Below, one piece after another: positions 1 to 9,908 of a stretch of 64,000 nt of DNA. The notes beneath the pieces were generated by a model that was given only the letters and a program-made list of their open reading frames with translations, did no database searches and was not told where the DNA came from. The position numbers and the translations under genes are program-made. The first letter of the stretch is position 1, and every line of letters starts with the position of its first letter. This DNA is from Candidatus Bathyarchaeota archaeon (lineage in GTDB: Archaea; Thermoproteota; Bathyarchaeia; Bathyarchaeales; Bathycorpusculaceae): the NCBI GenBank assembly GCA_963770935.1, contig CAVYRJ010000014.1, forward strand, positions 32,001-96,000. The letters are read 5' to 3'.

Positions 1-666
1 CCACTCCGCGAAGGCGCAGACTTCATCACTTCTTCAACCCACAAGACTTTCCCTGGACCGCAAGGCGGCGTTGTCATGGGAAGTCCAACTAACCCAGCAT
101 TGGAGAAAGCCGTGAAGAAGATTCAATTTGCCATTTTTCCGCTTAGTGCTTCAAGTACGCATCTTGGAAGGTTGCCAGCGCTCAGTATAGCTGCTTTGGA
201 AATGAAGGTTTTCGGCGCTCAATTAGCTAGGCAAATAATCAAGAACGCTCAAACCGCAGGACAATACCTGTGTGAAAATGGCGTTAAAGTTCTAGCCGAA
301 CACAAAGGCTTCACACAGTCGCATCAGATTGCGCTTGACATACGTAACTTCGGTGGAGGTAACAAAATCGCACAGGATCTCGAAGACGCAAACATTATCC
401 TAAACAAGAACCTGCTTCCCTACGATGACCAAAGCTCTAAAGAAAACCCTTCAGGCTTACGCATTGGCTTCCAAGACATAACCAGACGGGGCTTTGGCGA
501 AGGAGACATCAAACACCTCTGCGACCTAATGCTTGACGTAATCAAGAGCAAACGCAAACCAGCCGAAGTAAAATTGGATGTTTTGGCGTTCAAGAAAGAG
601 TTTACCCAAGTAAAATACGGGTTCCAAAATGTGGAAGAAGCCTTAAGTCTCATAAAAAAGGTTTAA
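1..666 (+). CDS. glyA: Serine hydroxymethyltransferase (5' end outside window)
   Basis: Frame is open from base 1 and reads ...ITSSTHKTFPGPQGG (PLP-lysine motif); NKNLLP and SGLRIG motifs follow. Confidence 0.96.
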   Translation, partial: PLREGADFITSSTHKTFPGPQGGVVMGSPTNPALEKAVKKIQFAIFPLSASSTHLGRLPALSIAALEMKVFGAQLARQIIKNAQTAGQYLCENGVKVLAEHKGFTQSHQIALDIRNFGGGNKIAQDLEDANIILNKNLLPYDDQSSKENPSGLRIGFQDITRRGFGEGDIKHLCDLMLDVIKSKRKPAEVKLDVLAFKKEFTQVKYGFQNVEEALSLIKKV

Positions 667-737
667 ACCCTTCTCCTTTCCAAAAAATACCCCTAAACAT
701 TAATTAACCCACATTTCGCTTTTAGCACTGAAAACTC

Positions 738-1028
738 ATGACGATAGACTTTCTATCGATTCTCTTCTTAATTGCTTTTATAGGAGCTCTGTTGCTTTTC
801 ATTCTGCTTCCTAGGTACGGTCCACATTATACTTCTAGGCTAACCTGTCCAAACTGCAAAAGAATCTTCAATTTCCATTGGATACCCGGTGCCACAATAA
901 CCTCACTGGTTTATAGGAATAAACGGGCTCTAAAATGCCCCTACTGCCACGTAAAATCAACCTACGAAATAATGTCCACAAGAGTCAGAAAACCAAAAAA
1001 AGCTCCAAAAATCAAGCAAAGAGCATAA
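738..1028 (+). CDS. Membrane-anchored zinc-ribbon protein
   Basis: N-terminal TM helix, CPNC and CPYC motifs, basic tail. Confidence 0.7.
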   Translation: MTIDFLSILFLIAFIGALLLFILLPRYGPHYTSRLTCPNCKRIFNFHWIPGATITSLVYRNKRALKCPYCHVKSTYEIMSTRVRKPKKAPKIKQRA

Positions 1029-1107
1029 GCCTCAGAACGTTCCATCAGAGAACTTTATTATCCAGATCTGCAATCAACTTTTCAATTAAACTGCGGAGAC
1101 ACTTAAC

Positions 1108-2292
1108 ATGAAGGTTCTGTTGAATGATGGTTTGGAGAAAGAAGGCTTAAAACTCTTCCAAGAAGCTTGCATAGAAACAGATACGAAAAAAAGAGACATA
1201 ACAGCTCTTGTGGCAGAAATTGGACAGTTTGACGCATTAGTTGTCCGCAGCGCCACCAAGGTTACCCGCGAGGTTTTGGAAGCAGGTGCCAAGGGCAAAC
1301 TCAAAATCGTCGGAAGAGCAGGCGTAGGATATGACAACATTGATGTCGTTGCCGCCTCAGAAAGCGGCATTGTAGTAAAGTCTGCGCCCTACGGAAGCAC
1401 TAACGCTGTCGCAGAACTAACCATTGGTTTAATGTTAAGCATCTCGCGAAACATTCCCCAAGCCCACTCTTCACTAAAGAATTGTGTATGGAAAAAAGAT
1501 AAACTCAAAGGCAAAGAATTATCGTACAAAACAATGGGCCTTTTGGGCTGCGGCAGAATTGGGCAAAAAGTTGCTCAGATAGCCAAACGCGGCTTTGACA
1601 TGGAAGTTATAGGCTACGACATTAAACCCTGTTTTGAATCAGGAATAAAATTCATGACAAAAGAGGAAGTGCTATCAAGGTCCGATTACATCTGCGTCCA
1701 TACAGGTGGCAAAGAAGCAATAGTTGGCGAAAAAGAATTTGCCCTAATGAAACCCACCGCTTACTTAATCAACACCTCCAGAGGCAACAACATTGACCAG
1801 CAAGCACTCTACAAAGCTCTTAAAGAATGTAAAATCGCTGGAGCTGCAACGGACGTTTTCAAAGAAGAGCCCAAAGTAGAAGGGGCCGAATTCAAAGACC
1901 CGTTAAAAGAACTCGACAACATCGTTTTAAGCAGTCATCTTGGTGCTTCAACGACTGAGGCTCAACGGGAAACCTCAATTGAGATTGCCCGCGTTATTTC
2001 AGGTTACCTATTAGGCGGAGACTTTACGAACTCAGTCAACGCGGGGGAAAGCATTGAAGTTGAGAAAAAACCTGTTTACACACTATTTATCCATCACCGT
2101 GATGTGCCAGGCGTTTTTGCAAACATCGACAAGGTCCTAGCGGATAACGACATAAACATACGAGCAAACTATTCTCGGCAAATCGGCAACAGTGGCTATG
2201 CAATCTCAGTCTATGGGCTCCACAAAAAAGTTAATGAGGAAATCGTTAACAAACTCAAAGCTATCCCAAACGTTTGTAACGTAAAAATTTAA
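1108..2292 (+). CDS. serA: D-3-phosphoglycerate dehydrogenase with C-terminal ACT domain
   Basis: GRAGVGYDNID, GCGRIG Rossmann motif, INTSRG, HLGAST, ACT motif HRDVPGV. Confidence 0.9.
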   Translation: MKVLLNDGLEKEGLKLFQEACIETDTKKRDITALVAEIGQFDALVVRSATKVTREVLEAGAKGKLKIVGRAGVGYDNIDVVAASESGIVVKSAPYGSTNAVAELTIGLMLSISRNIPQAHSSLKNCVWKKDKLKGKELSYKTMGLLGCGRIGQKVAQIAKRGFDMEVIGYDIKPCFESGIKFMTKEEVLSRSDYICVHTGGKEAIVGEKEFALMKPTAYLINTSRGNNIDQQALYKALKECKIAGAATDVFKEEPKVEGAEFKDPLKELDNIVLSSHLGASTTEAQRETSIEIARVISGYLLGGDFTNSVNAGESIEVEKKPVYTLFIHHRDVPGVFANIDKVLADNDINIRANYSRQIGNSGYAISVYGLHKKVNEEIVNKLKAIPNVCNVKI

Positions 2293-2345
2293 GATTACGC
2301 CTGTTTAAGCAGGCATATAAACCACCCTTCTTCTTTAGAGTAACC

Positions 2346-3026
2346 ATGCGATTAGGAGTCCTATTCTCAGGCGGTAAAGATTCAACGCTTGCTTTGCACT
2401 TAGCTGCAGATAAAGTAGAAGTGGCATGCCTAATCACGGTAGTTTCTGAGAACAAGGAAAGCTACATGTTCCACACCCCAAACATTGACATTACAGCACT
2501 TCAGGCAGAAGCTTTGGGATTGCCGCTTGTTTCGGTAGTCACTGAAGGAAAAAAGGAAGAGGAGCTTGTCGACTTGGAGAGGGTAATCACTAAAGCCCAA
2601 AATAAATATCAAATCGACGGTATTGTTACGGGGGCGGTGGAATCAGTTTATCAGTCTTCACGGATACAACGCATTTGTAACCATCTTGATGTTTGGTGTT
2701 TTAACCCGCTATGGAAGCATGATCAAAAGGCGCTTTTGGAAACGCTTGTCGAAAAGAATTTTAAGGTAGTTATTTCGGGGATTTTTGCGTATCCGCTTGA
2801 TGAGAAGTGGCTCGGAAAACAAATAGAGCCAACGGTAATAGCTCGCTTGATGGAACTTCAAAGTCAATACGGTATTAGTCCGTCAGGGGAGGGTGGCGAG
2901 ATTGAGACGACTGTTTTGGATGCTCCAATGTTTAAGCAGAGAATTGAAATCCTAGATTACTCGGTTGAGGCGAGAGGAAACTGTGGAGTTTTCCAAATTA
3001 AACAAGCAAGGCTGGTCCCCAAATGA
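2346..3026 (+). CDS. dph6: Diphthine--ammonia ligase (Dph6, PP-loop ATPase)
   Basis: SGGKDS PP-loop, SYMFH, GEGGEIET motifs. Confidence 0.88.
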   Translation: MRLGVLFSGGKDSTLALHLAADKVEVACLITVVSENKESYMFHTPNIDITALQAEALGLPLVSVVTEGKKEEELVDLERVITKAQNKYQIDGIVTGAVESVYQSSRIQRICNHLDVWCFNPLWKHDQKALLETLVEKNFKVVISGIFAYPLDEKWLGKQIEPTVIARLMELQSQYGISPSGEGGEIETTVLDAPMFKQRIEILDYSVEARGNCGVFQIKQARLVPK

Positions 3027-3577
3027 TTTTGGTCGTGGACATGAATTGGAAGCGGGATTCTTTGGCTTTCAACGAGTTCGTTTCCCCCATCGTTTCTGGT
3101 GTCCAACCGCTTGAGGAATGCACGGTGAAGCATTTTTTGGACATTGCCTCTTCGGAGCTAAGCGGTTGCAGCAAGGTTGTGCTCTCAGGAACAACACTAA
3201 AAGACCATGCGACGCTAAAACAGATTGACAGGTTCAACTGGATACGTGAGTTTGACAAGCCCATTTTGGGTATTTGTGCAGGCATGCAAACAATCAGCCT
3301 GGTTTTTGATGGCTCCTTAACTTCTTGCCTACAAATCGGCATGACTGAAATCGACACGCTAAAAGACAATCCTCTGTTCCAAGGCAACTTCAAAGCCTAC
3401 GCTCTACATAACTACTCGATTAAGCGCTCTCAAGATTTTGAAATCCTAGCGAAATCCGCAAAATGTATCCAAGCAATAAAACACAAGCAGAAAGACATCT
3501 ACGGAGTACTTTTTCACCCTGAAGTACGGAACCAAGAAATCCTAAAACACTTCATACAACTTAACCAATACGTTTAA
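3023..3577 (+). CDS. Class I glutamine amidotransferase (GuaA-A-like)
   Basis: PILGICAGMQ nucleophile elbow and FHPE; ATGA overlap with dph6. Confidence 0.85.
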   Translation: MILVVDMNWKRDSLAFNEFVSPIVSGVQPLEECTVKHFLDIASSELSGCSKVVLSGTTLKDHATLKQIDRFNWIREFDKPILGICAGMQTISLVFDGSLTSCLQIGMTEIDTLKDNPLFQGNFKAYALHNYSIKRSQDFEILAKSAKCIQAIKHKQKDIYGVLFHPEVRNQEILKHFIQLNQYV

Positions 3578-3682
3578 GACAAAACTCAGTGGCTTTAGAG
3601 TAAAGCGGAAATTAGCCGTTTAAAGGAGTTTTTTTAAAGTGACGCGATTACTCTATAACCAGCGATGTGCTTATTAGTGGAA

Positions 3683-3883
3683 ATGCAGCCGAATCAGCAG
3701 AGAAGCCAAATTAAGGTCGGTAACCGAGTAAAAATCGTTTTAAAGCAAGACCAGCGAAGCGGGAAATTAACTGAGGGAACTGTCAAAGATATTTTAACCA
3801 ACAGCTCAACTCACCCCCACGGAATCAAAGTGCGATTAACAGACGGCAAAGTCGGCAGAGTACAATTAATAATTTATCCATAG
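3683..3883 (+). CDS. YwbE (DUF2196) family protein
   Basis: LKQDQRSGKLTEG..ILTNS..HPHGIKVRL..G.VGRV signature. Confidence 0.85.
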   Translation: MQPNQQRSQIKVGNRVKIVLKQDQRSGKLTEGTVKDILTNSSTHPHGIKVRLTDGKVGRVQLIIYP

Positions 3884-3958
3884 CATGTTGCCGCTTGGCA
3901 GAAAGGGTTAAAAGTTAAATGTGTGTTTTTTTTCATGTATTTATAGGAGATTTTTGTC

Positions 3959-6373
3959 TTGGTTAATCAATTGCCAGTAGAAAAATTACGAAATGTGTGT
4001 GATGCTAGCTTTCTGCATTGTGAATCAACCAAGGACTTGGTTCCACTTAGTGAAATTATCGGTCAAGAAAGAGCTGTCCGTGCCTTAAAATTCGGACTCG
4101 GGATTAAAGACCATGGCTTCAACGTGTATGTGGCGGGGTACCCTGGAACAGGCAGAAAAACTGCGGTCAAAAACTTCGTGGAAGCCCAAGCTAAAACCCA
4201 ACCGGTGCCGCCCGACTGGTGTTACGTGAACAATTTCGGCAACCAATATGAACCAAAAGCTATCAAGCTGCCAGCCGGGAAGGGTAAAGAATTCCGCGAA
4301 GAAATGAAAAACTTTATTGAGGACGTCAAGACGGCGCTTCCGAAGGCTTTTGAAAGCGAAGACTACGTTGCCAGGAGGGAAGCCACAATCAAGGTTTTAG
4401 AGAATCAGCGTAAACAGATAATCGCCGAATTAAGTGTCAAAGCTGAGCGCGAAGGATTTGTAATTCAAACTACCCCAATTGGTATACTGCTTATTCCAGT
4501 GTTAAACGGGAAACCGCTTAGCGAAGAAGAAATGCTTTCGTTACCCCAAAAAACAAAGGACAATATTAACGAGAAAAGAGAAGCATTGGAAACTGAATTC
4601 CGAAATACAATTCGCCAACTAATCGATATGGAACGCAGAATCCACGACGCCTTAAAGAAACTCAACAAGGAAGTTGCTCTTTACGCTCTAGGTAACCAGG
4701 TGGAGAGCCTCATGGAAAAATATCCCGCTAACTCGGAAGTTGTAACTTACCTTAGAGAAGTACAAAACGACATCCTAGATAACCTACAGCAATTCATAAG
4801 GAGAGGCGAACCTGAACAGCAACTGCCGTTTCCTGTGCCCTGGATGAAGGATGAACCCTACAAGAAATACGAGGTGAACATAGTCATCGACAACTCTAAA
4901 ATTGCAGGCGCGCCAGTTGTGGTGGAAACCAACCCAACTTACCATAATTTGCTTGGTAGAACAGAGAAAGAAGCCCAGTTTGGCGCGCTCACAACCGACT
5001 TCAGTATGATCCGTCCGGGAGCTATTCATAGAGCCAACGGCGGCTATCTAATCGTTCCTGTCGAAGACTTGTTGCGAAACCCGCTTTCCTACGACGGTTT
5101 AAAGCGCGACATCAGGGATTCAAAGATGTCAATCGAAGAACCTGAAGAACGTTATGGCTTTTTAAGCATTAAAACTCTTAAGCCTCAGCCTATTCCATTA
5201 ACAGCGAAAGTCATCCTAATTGGCACCCCGTATTTATATCAACTCATGTTCAGTTTAGATCCCGATTTTCATGAACTCTTCAAGATAAAAGCAGAATTTG
5301 ATACAACTATGCCTAGAACTGACGAAAAAGTACTGCAATACGGTGCGTTTGTATGCGGGCTCTGCGAGAGGGAAGGCCTCAAACATCTTGATGGAAGCGG
5401 CTTGGCGAAACTTGTTGAGTACAGTTCAAGGATCATAGAAGACCAATTCAAATTATCGACACAGTTTAACTCCATTGCCGACATCATTCGTGAATCAAAC
5501 TATTATGCGGTACAAGACAATGCCGAGTATATTACTGGAAACAATGTCAAAAAAGCCATTGAAGAAAAGATTTACCGTTCCAGACTAATCCAGGAAAAAA
5601 TTCAGGAGATGATTACCCGCGGCTTTTTCTTGATTGACACAGTTGACCAAAAGGTTGGGCAGGTAAATGGTTTGTCGGTTATAGGGCTGGGAGATTTTGC
5701 TTTTGGTATGCCCTCACGTGTGACCGCAAGCATCGGACTTGGCAGAGAAGGTGTCATGGACATTGAAAGAGAAGCCAAAATGGGTGGACCCATACACACC
5801 AAAGGAGTCCTAATTCTCAGTGGCTACATCACTGACAAATATGCTAGAGACAAACCTTTGAGCCTCTCAGCTAGGTTGGTCTTTGAACAAAACTACGAAG
5901 GGGTCGAAGGCGACAGCGCATCAAGCACAGAACTCTACTCCATACTCTCATCGCTTTCTGGGTTGCCGATTAAACAGAATTTAGCCGTCACAGGTTCAGT
6001 TAATCAGAAAGGAGAAGTCCAGGCGATCGGCGGCGTGAACGAGAAAATCGAGGGCTTCTTTGAAGTGTGCAAAGCCAAAGGATTAACCGGTGAGCAAGGC
6101 GTTATGATTCCTAACAGCAACGTTCAGAATTTGATGCTTAAAGAAGAAGTTGTTGATGCTGTTAAAGCAGGTAAATTTAGCATTTACTCAGTTAAAACAA
6201 TCGATGAAGGCATTGAGGTGTTGACGGGAACAAAAGCGGGGCAGCAACGAGCAGACGGAACTTACGAAGAAGGCACTGTAAATTACTTGGTGGATAAGCA
6301 GTTGCGAGAGATGGCGGAGAAACTTAGAGATTACTCAGGCGTGCAGGCACAACAGAAAAAAATCGTAGACTAA
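3959..6373 (+). CDS. Lon-like protease, LonC type (no TM segment, coiled-coil insertion)
   Basis: GDSAS...GGVNEKIEG Ser-Lys dyad; AAA-like domain with GYPGTGRKT; long helical insertion. Confidence 0.88.
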   Translation: MVNQLPVEKLRNVCDASFLHCESTKDLVPLSEIIGQERAVRALKFGLGIKDHGFNVYVAGYPGTGRKTAVKNFVEAQAKTQPVPPDWCYVNNFGNQYEPKAIKLPAGKGKEFREEMKNFIEDVKTALPKAFESEDYVARREATIKVLENQRKQIIAELSVKAEREGFVIQTTPIGILLIPVLNGKPLSEEEMLSLPQKTKDNINEKREALETEFRNTIRQLIDMERRIHDALKKLNKEVALYALGNQVESLMEKYPANSEVVTYLREVQNDILDNLQQFIRRGEPEQQLPFPVPWMKDEPYKKYEVNIVIDNSKIAGAPVVVETNPTYHNLLGRTEKEAQFGALTTDFSMIRPGAIHRANGGYLIVPVEDLLRNPLSYDGLKRDIRDSKMSIEEPEERYGFLSIKTLKPQPIPLTAKVILIGTPYLYQLMFSLDPDFHELFKIKAEFDTTMPRTDEKVLQYGAFVCGLCEREGLKHLDGSGLAKLVEYSSRIIEDQFKLSTQFNSIADIIRESNYYAVQDNAEYITGNNVKKAIEEKIYRSRLIQEKIQEMITRGFFLIDTVDQKVGQVNGLSVIGLGDFAFGMPSRVTASIGLGREGVMDIEREAKMGGPIHTKGVLILSGYITDKYARDKPLSLSARLVFEQNYEGVEGDSASSTELYSILSSLSGLPIKQNLAVTGSVNQKGEVQAIGGVNEKIEGFFEVCKAKGLTGEQGVMIPNSNVQNLMLKEEVVDAVKAGKFSIYSVKTIDEGIEVLTGTKAGQQRADGTYEEGTVNYLVDKQLREMAEKLRDYSGVQAQQKKIVD

Positions 6374-6499
6374 TCAGAAATGTTATAAACGGGGCATTTT
6401 TCTGCTTTTTCTTCTATTTAAAAAATGTTGAGTTTTAATCCTTATTCTGGCTAATCAAAGCTTATTTGTCAATCAGCAGATTGGTAATCAGGTGCACGG

Positions 6500-6736
6500 T
6501 TGGTTTATCAAAAAGTTAAACCCAAGCGCAGCAAAGCGCTCATTATTATGCTTCTTCCAGCACTCATTTTCATAGCTGTCGTTGGATGGTTCATGTACTC
6601 TATAGACAATAAAAATTCAACAGGCCGAAAACAAACACACAGAAGAACAGTCGAAGAACGCAACGTAACCCTACTGCCCATCGATTTTGAAGAACAACGG
6701 CAAATTAGAATCAATAATGCTATTAGAAACCGCTAA
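6500..6736 (+). CDS. Small single-TM hypothetical protein
   Basis: AGGTG RBS before a TTG start; one TM helix. Confidence 0.6.
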   Translation: MVYQKVKPKRSKALIIMLLPALIFIAVVGWFMYSIDNKNSTGRKQTHRRTVEERNVTLLPIDFEEQRQIRINNAIRNR

Positions 6737-6840
6737 TTCTTAGTTATTTGCCAATTTTTAATTTCCTTTTGCAATTGGGCTCGCATGCTTGTTGTTACTA
6801 TAGCACAACCACAACTCCATTTATAGTCGACAAATATTTG

Positions 6841-7020
6841 TTCTCTTGCGAGAAATAGCCATCCAAGAGGTACACCCACGCTTGACGGGTCAGCCGTTAA
6901 CCATGATGCGCATCGTTCTACCCCTAAAGAAGGATTAGGGACCTATTTCTGATCCGCGTCTTGGGTTAACTCTGGCGATCCGTCAAGCCTACTTTTAGTT
7001 ACAGCGGTCGCTAATGGTGT
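6841..7020. ncRNA. Putative structured non-coding RNA, family unknown
   Basis: GCTTGACGGGTC-A-GCC-GTTAACC (6880-6902) pairs with GGTTAAC-TCT-GGC-GATCCGTCAAGC (6964-6988) around internal hairpins. GCAA-tetraloop hairpin on the minus strand at 6841-6854. GC-richer than the flanks. Confidence 0.55.
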
Positions 7021-7082
7021 AATTAGTTTCTAGTATATAATTTATAAGGTTTAAGATGCAATGCTACCTTTCGTGAGCCACT

Positions 7083-7442
7083 TTGAGCTATAAAGAACGC
7101 ATGCATCCAAAAGTCAGCCGGGCAGAAATAGAAGTTTTTAAATCATTAAGTATGGCTGGGTTAACCAGCGGCATGGTAACACAGCAACCGATCATCCTCA
7201 AATCAACCATACCTGACTTCTGCTGGATGGAAAAACGCAAAATCGTCTATTTAGATGGCAAACCTGTTCACAGAAAAGACAAACAAATCGAACGCGACGA
7301 AGAAATCGATAACCTCTTAACCGCTCAAGGATGGGATGTCCTGCGTATTCCCTACGACCCACCCATAACACAGAAGGGCTTAGAGAAGATTATGGTAACC
7401 ATAAAACAGTTCCTCAACATAGATGAAGAAGTTATAGAATAG
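7083..7442 (+). CDS. DUF559/Vsr-like PD-(D/E)xK endonuclease domain protein
   Basis: PDF...YLDG..H....RD...L...GWDVLRI pattern typical of Vsr/DUF559. Confidence 0.75.
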   Translation: MSYKERMHPKVSRAEIEVFKSLSMAGLTSGMVTQQPIILKSTIPDFCWMEKRKIVYLDGKPVHRKDKQIERDEEIDNLLTAQGWDVLRIPYDPPITQKGLEKIMVTIKQFLNIDEEVIE

Positions 7443-7997
7443 CCCTTTTGGGTTAACCGCCTTCTTTTTCAGTTTTTCGCATTATTAATTTTAATACTTT
7501 CCTGCTCTGCAATATGCTTGGGGCAAAAGGTTGACTTCTTAAAAATACTATTGTTTGTCTGAACTTATCGGGCACTTTTAACTTCTTGCGTCATGGTCAA
7601 TTGAAGTTTGTGCGTTTCGCTCAGGGAATAAAACTCAGTAAAAATGACATCAAATGTTTTTTGATGGAAAAGGCAGTAAGCGATGTAAAGTACTCTCTGA
7701 AAATCCCTCATGACCACAACCCCTTTGATATTACATACCCATTCTATCAGAACAAGCGTCCATGACCATAGTTGTTGAAAAATTGAAAATAGTTAATAGA
7801 ATGCAAAAATCTTTCAAAGAAGCAAGTTAGACCACAGTCTTTCGCAAGATTGGCTCGAGTAAGAACATTGTCAAAAGACTTCTTTTTCTAATTGCTTATT
7901 ACTGGATGCTGTTATTACTCGTGACAAAAAGACTTTTCGCGCTGGGTAATTTCACAGTATCTACTAACCAAAGGGTTTAACAGGTTAAAACACAGAA

Positions 7998-8192
7998 GTG
8001 CTTTTGGCGGATTTGAAAATGGTATCAAAAAATTCTAATGTTGGTAAGCTTTTTGATTTTAGCGAAAACGGATATGGCATAGTAACCCATGAAGCAAGAG
8101 TAGACTATAAAACTTGGTCACCTGTTATTCACATTTTGAAGTTTACAGATGATAAACATAAAGAACCGGACAACAAATTAAAATCTCGCTAA
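7998..8192 (+). CDS. Short hypothetical protein, possibly truncated
   Basis: ORF with protein-like composition after a TTTAA element. Confidence 0.35.
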   Translation: MLLADLKMVSKNSNVGKLFDFSENGYGIVTHEARVDYKTWSPVIHILKFTDDKHKEPDNKLKSR

Positions 8193-8657
8193 ATATTTTT
8201 TTTGAACAGATATTGTGCATATTATGGAGTAGAAAAGCGTTCTTGATAGCAAAATTAATCAAAGCATCGACTGATTAGCAACCAAAATCTCTACTTCTGA
8301 CCAGAATATAGAGGCAAGTTAGTCTGATTCAGTTTTCTTTAAAACTAAATACCATACTGTTCCAGCAAAGTGCATTGTCGATGCCTTAGCTGAAAAGCGT
8401 TCTGAACCGCTAAGTAGACCAAGTAGAGAGAGAGCATTAAATTTTAATCCAACCAACCAAAACTACGACCTTTTGCCATGTTACCAGTGTTAAAAAACAG
8501 TCGGGGTTGGTTGCAGAAGGTTAGGATAGTTAACTTACGGTTGAGGGATAAAAAATAAACAATTATTTATCCCTCATAAAATAAGAAAGTTAATAATACA
8601 ACAGAAGTAAAAAACAACAGAATACTTACCCTCATAATTAAAAATAAAATAACCTTA

Positions 8658-9029
8658 TTGGAAGTAAAAGAGATAAGAAAACTTAACCCTTCGAAAAATA
8701 TGCATTCAAATTCCAATATCAACTTGAAGAAGGACAGGCATTATTCAGGGAGCGTCGCTCAAAAGTCTCTGAACAGCAATGACCACAGAAATTGGCATGA
8801 AGAGTGTTCCATTTTGGAACAACCCACTGTTTGCTTGTTCTTTGAGTTCTCATGTGTTCTCGTTGCATAGATTTTGATGGCTGTCATAATTTCAACCAAT
8901 AGGAAAAACACATCTGAAGGTACTTCAGCACTGTGGACAACTGACACCAACCTTATCGACGTGCTGAGAGGATACTTTGAGACCGCCTGGAATGAATCCG
9001 AAGAACTAATAAAAGCAACAAGCAACTAA
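8658..9029 (+). pseudogene. Remnant of a TrmB-like regulator C-terminal domain
   Basis: After an in-frame TAG at 8868-8870 the frame continues SALWTTDTNLIDVLRGYFETAWNES, which resembles TrmB C-termini. Confidence 0.4.
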
Positions 9030-9103
9030 AGTAGCTTTCAATAACAAACTATTCAGTAAAAGATTTATTCTAAGTAGGTAGGCTCTTCGACAAGTAACTC
9101 TGA

Positions 9104-9277
9104 CTATTCAAGTTCTTCACTTGAAACAAGAATTGTGGGGTACTGTTTTGAAACCCCTGATTTGTCACCTGTTTTATTATGGCCTTCCCTACATCTCATT
9201 CCGTATCTTGTTTTAGTTGCATTTTCCCAAACTTTTTCAGTTGATCCACCACATATTGGGCACTTAAAATTTTTCAT
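9104..9277 (-). CDS. 57-aa zinc-ribbon microprotein (not in ORF track)
   Basis: GGTGA RBS; MKNFKCPICGGSTEKVWENATKTRYGMRCREGHNK... carries CxxC and CxxxH ligands. Confidence 0.7.
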   Translation of the reverse strand: MKNFKCPICGGSTEKVWENATKTRYGMRCREGHNKTGDKSGVSKQYPTILVSSEELE

Positions 9278-9908
9278 TTATTTTCACCAAAACCAAAAAA
9301 GTCAAAAGTAAATAAGTCGTTGCTGTGTTTTCCCAAGTTCTTCCGCTCTGTATGTGTATTGTTGGCTTGTTTCTTTAAGCCTTCCTATCGGTTTTTCCTT
9401 CTTCTTTGTGAGAAGCTCTCCTTTCTCCTCAAATAAAGAAATCGCATCTAAGGGTTAAAAGGCATATTTCAGAGTTGGAATATATCAAAATCTATTTTTC
9501 ACTTAAATTTTAGCTTAAGTTATAGTTCTGTATTGTGTTTTTGAACGTGAAAATGATTTACTGCAACAACCACAAACATATGCTTCAAGAATAAATAAAT
9601 GATTACTTAATAACCTGGCAGGTTTCGCTATTTCTCTACCACAATTAAGACACTTAGCCACACGTCAACCCTACCCCATTTGAATTAAGGATAAAAACTC
9701 ATGTGACTACAAAAGGAAACAACAAGTCCCAGTCGAGCAAGTATCTGGAAAACTTTTTCACTCTTTCCTTTTTTATGTTTCTAGATCTAGCTATTTTTAG
9801 TTAAATATTGGCAGTTATTTGAATAAAGCAAAACTCAAAATTACACGTTTCGGGCACTCAATGTAAGACAAATTAAGAACAAAGTGCTATATAATTTAGG
9901 TGAATGTT

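Noticed and set aside
8868-8870. Pyrrolysine read-through of an in-frame TAG
   Set aside because: TAG terminates many intact genes here (infB, gltX, ipk), and the upstream part of this ORF looks degenerate.
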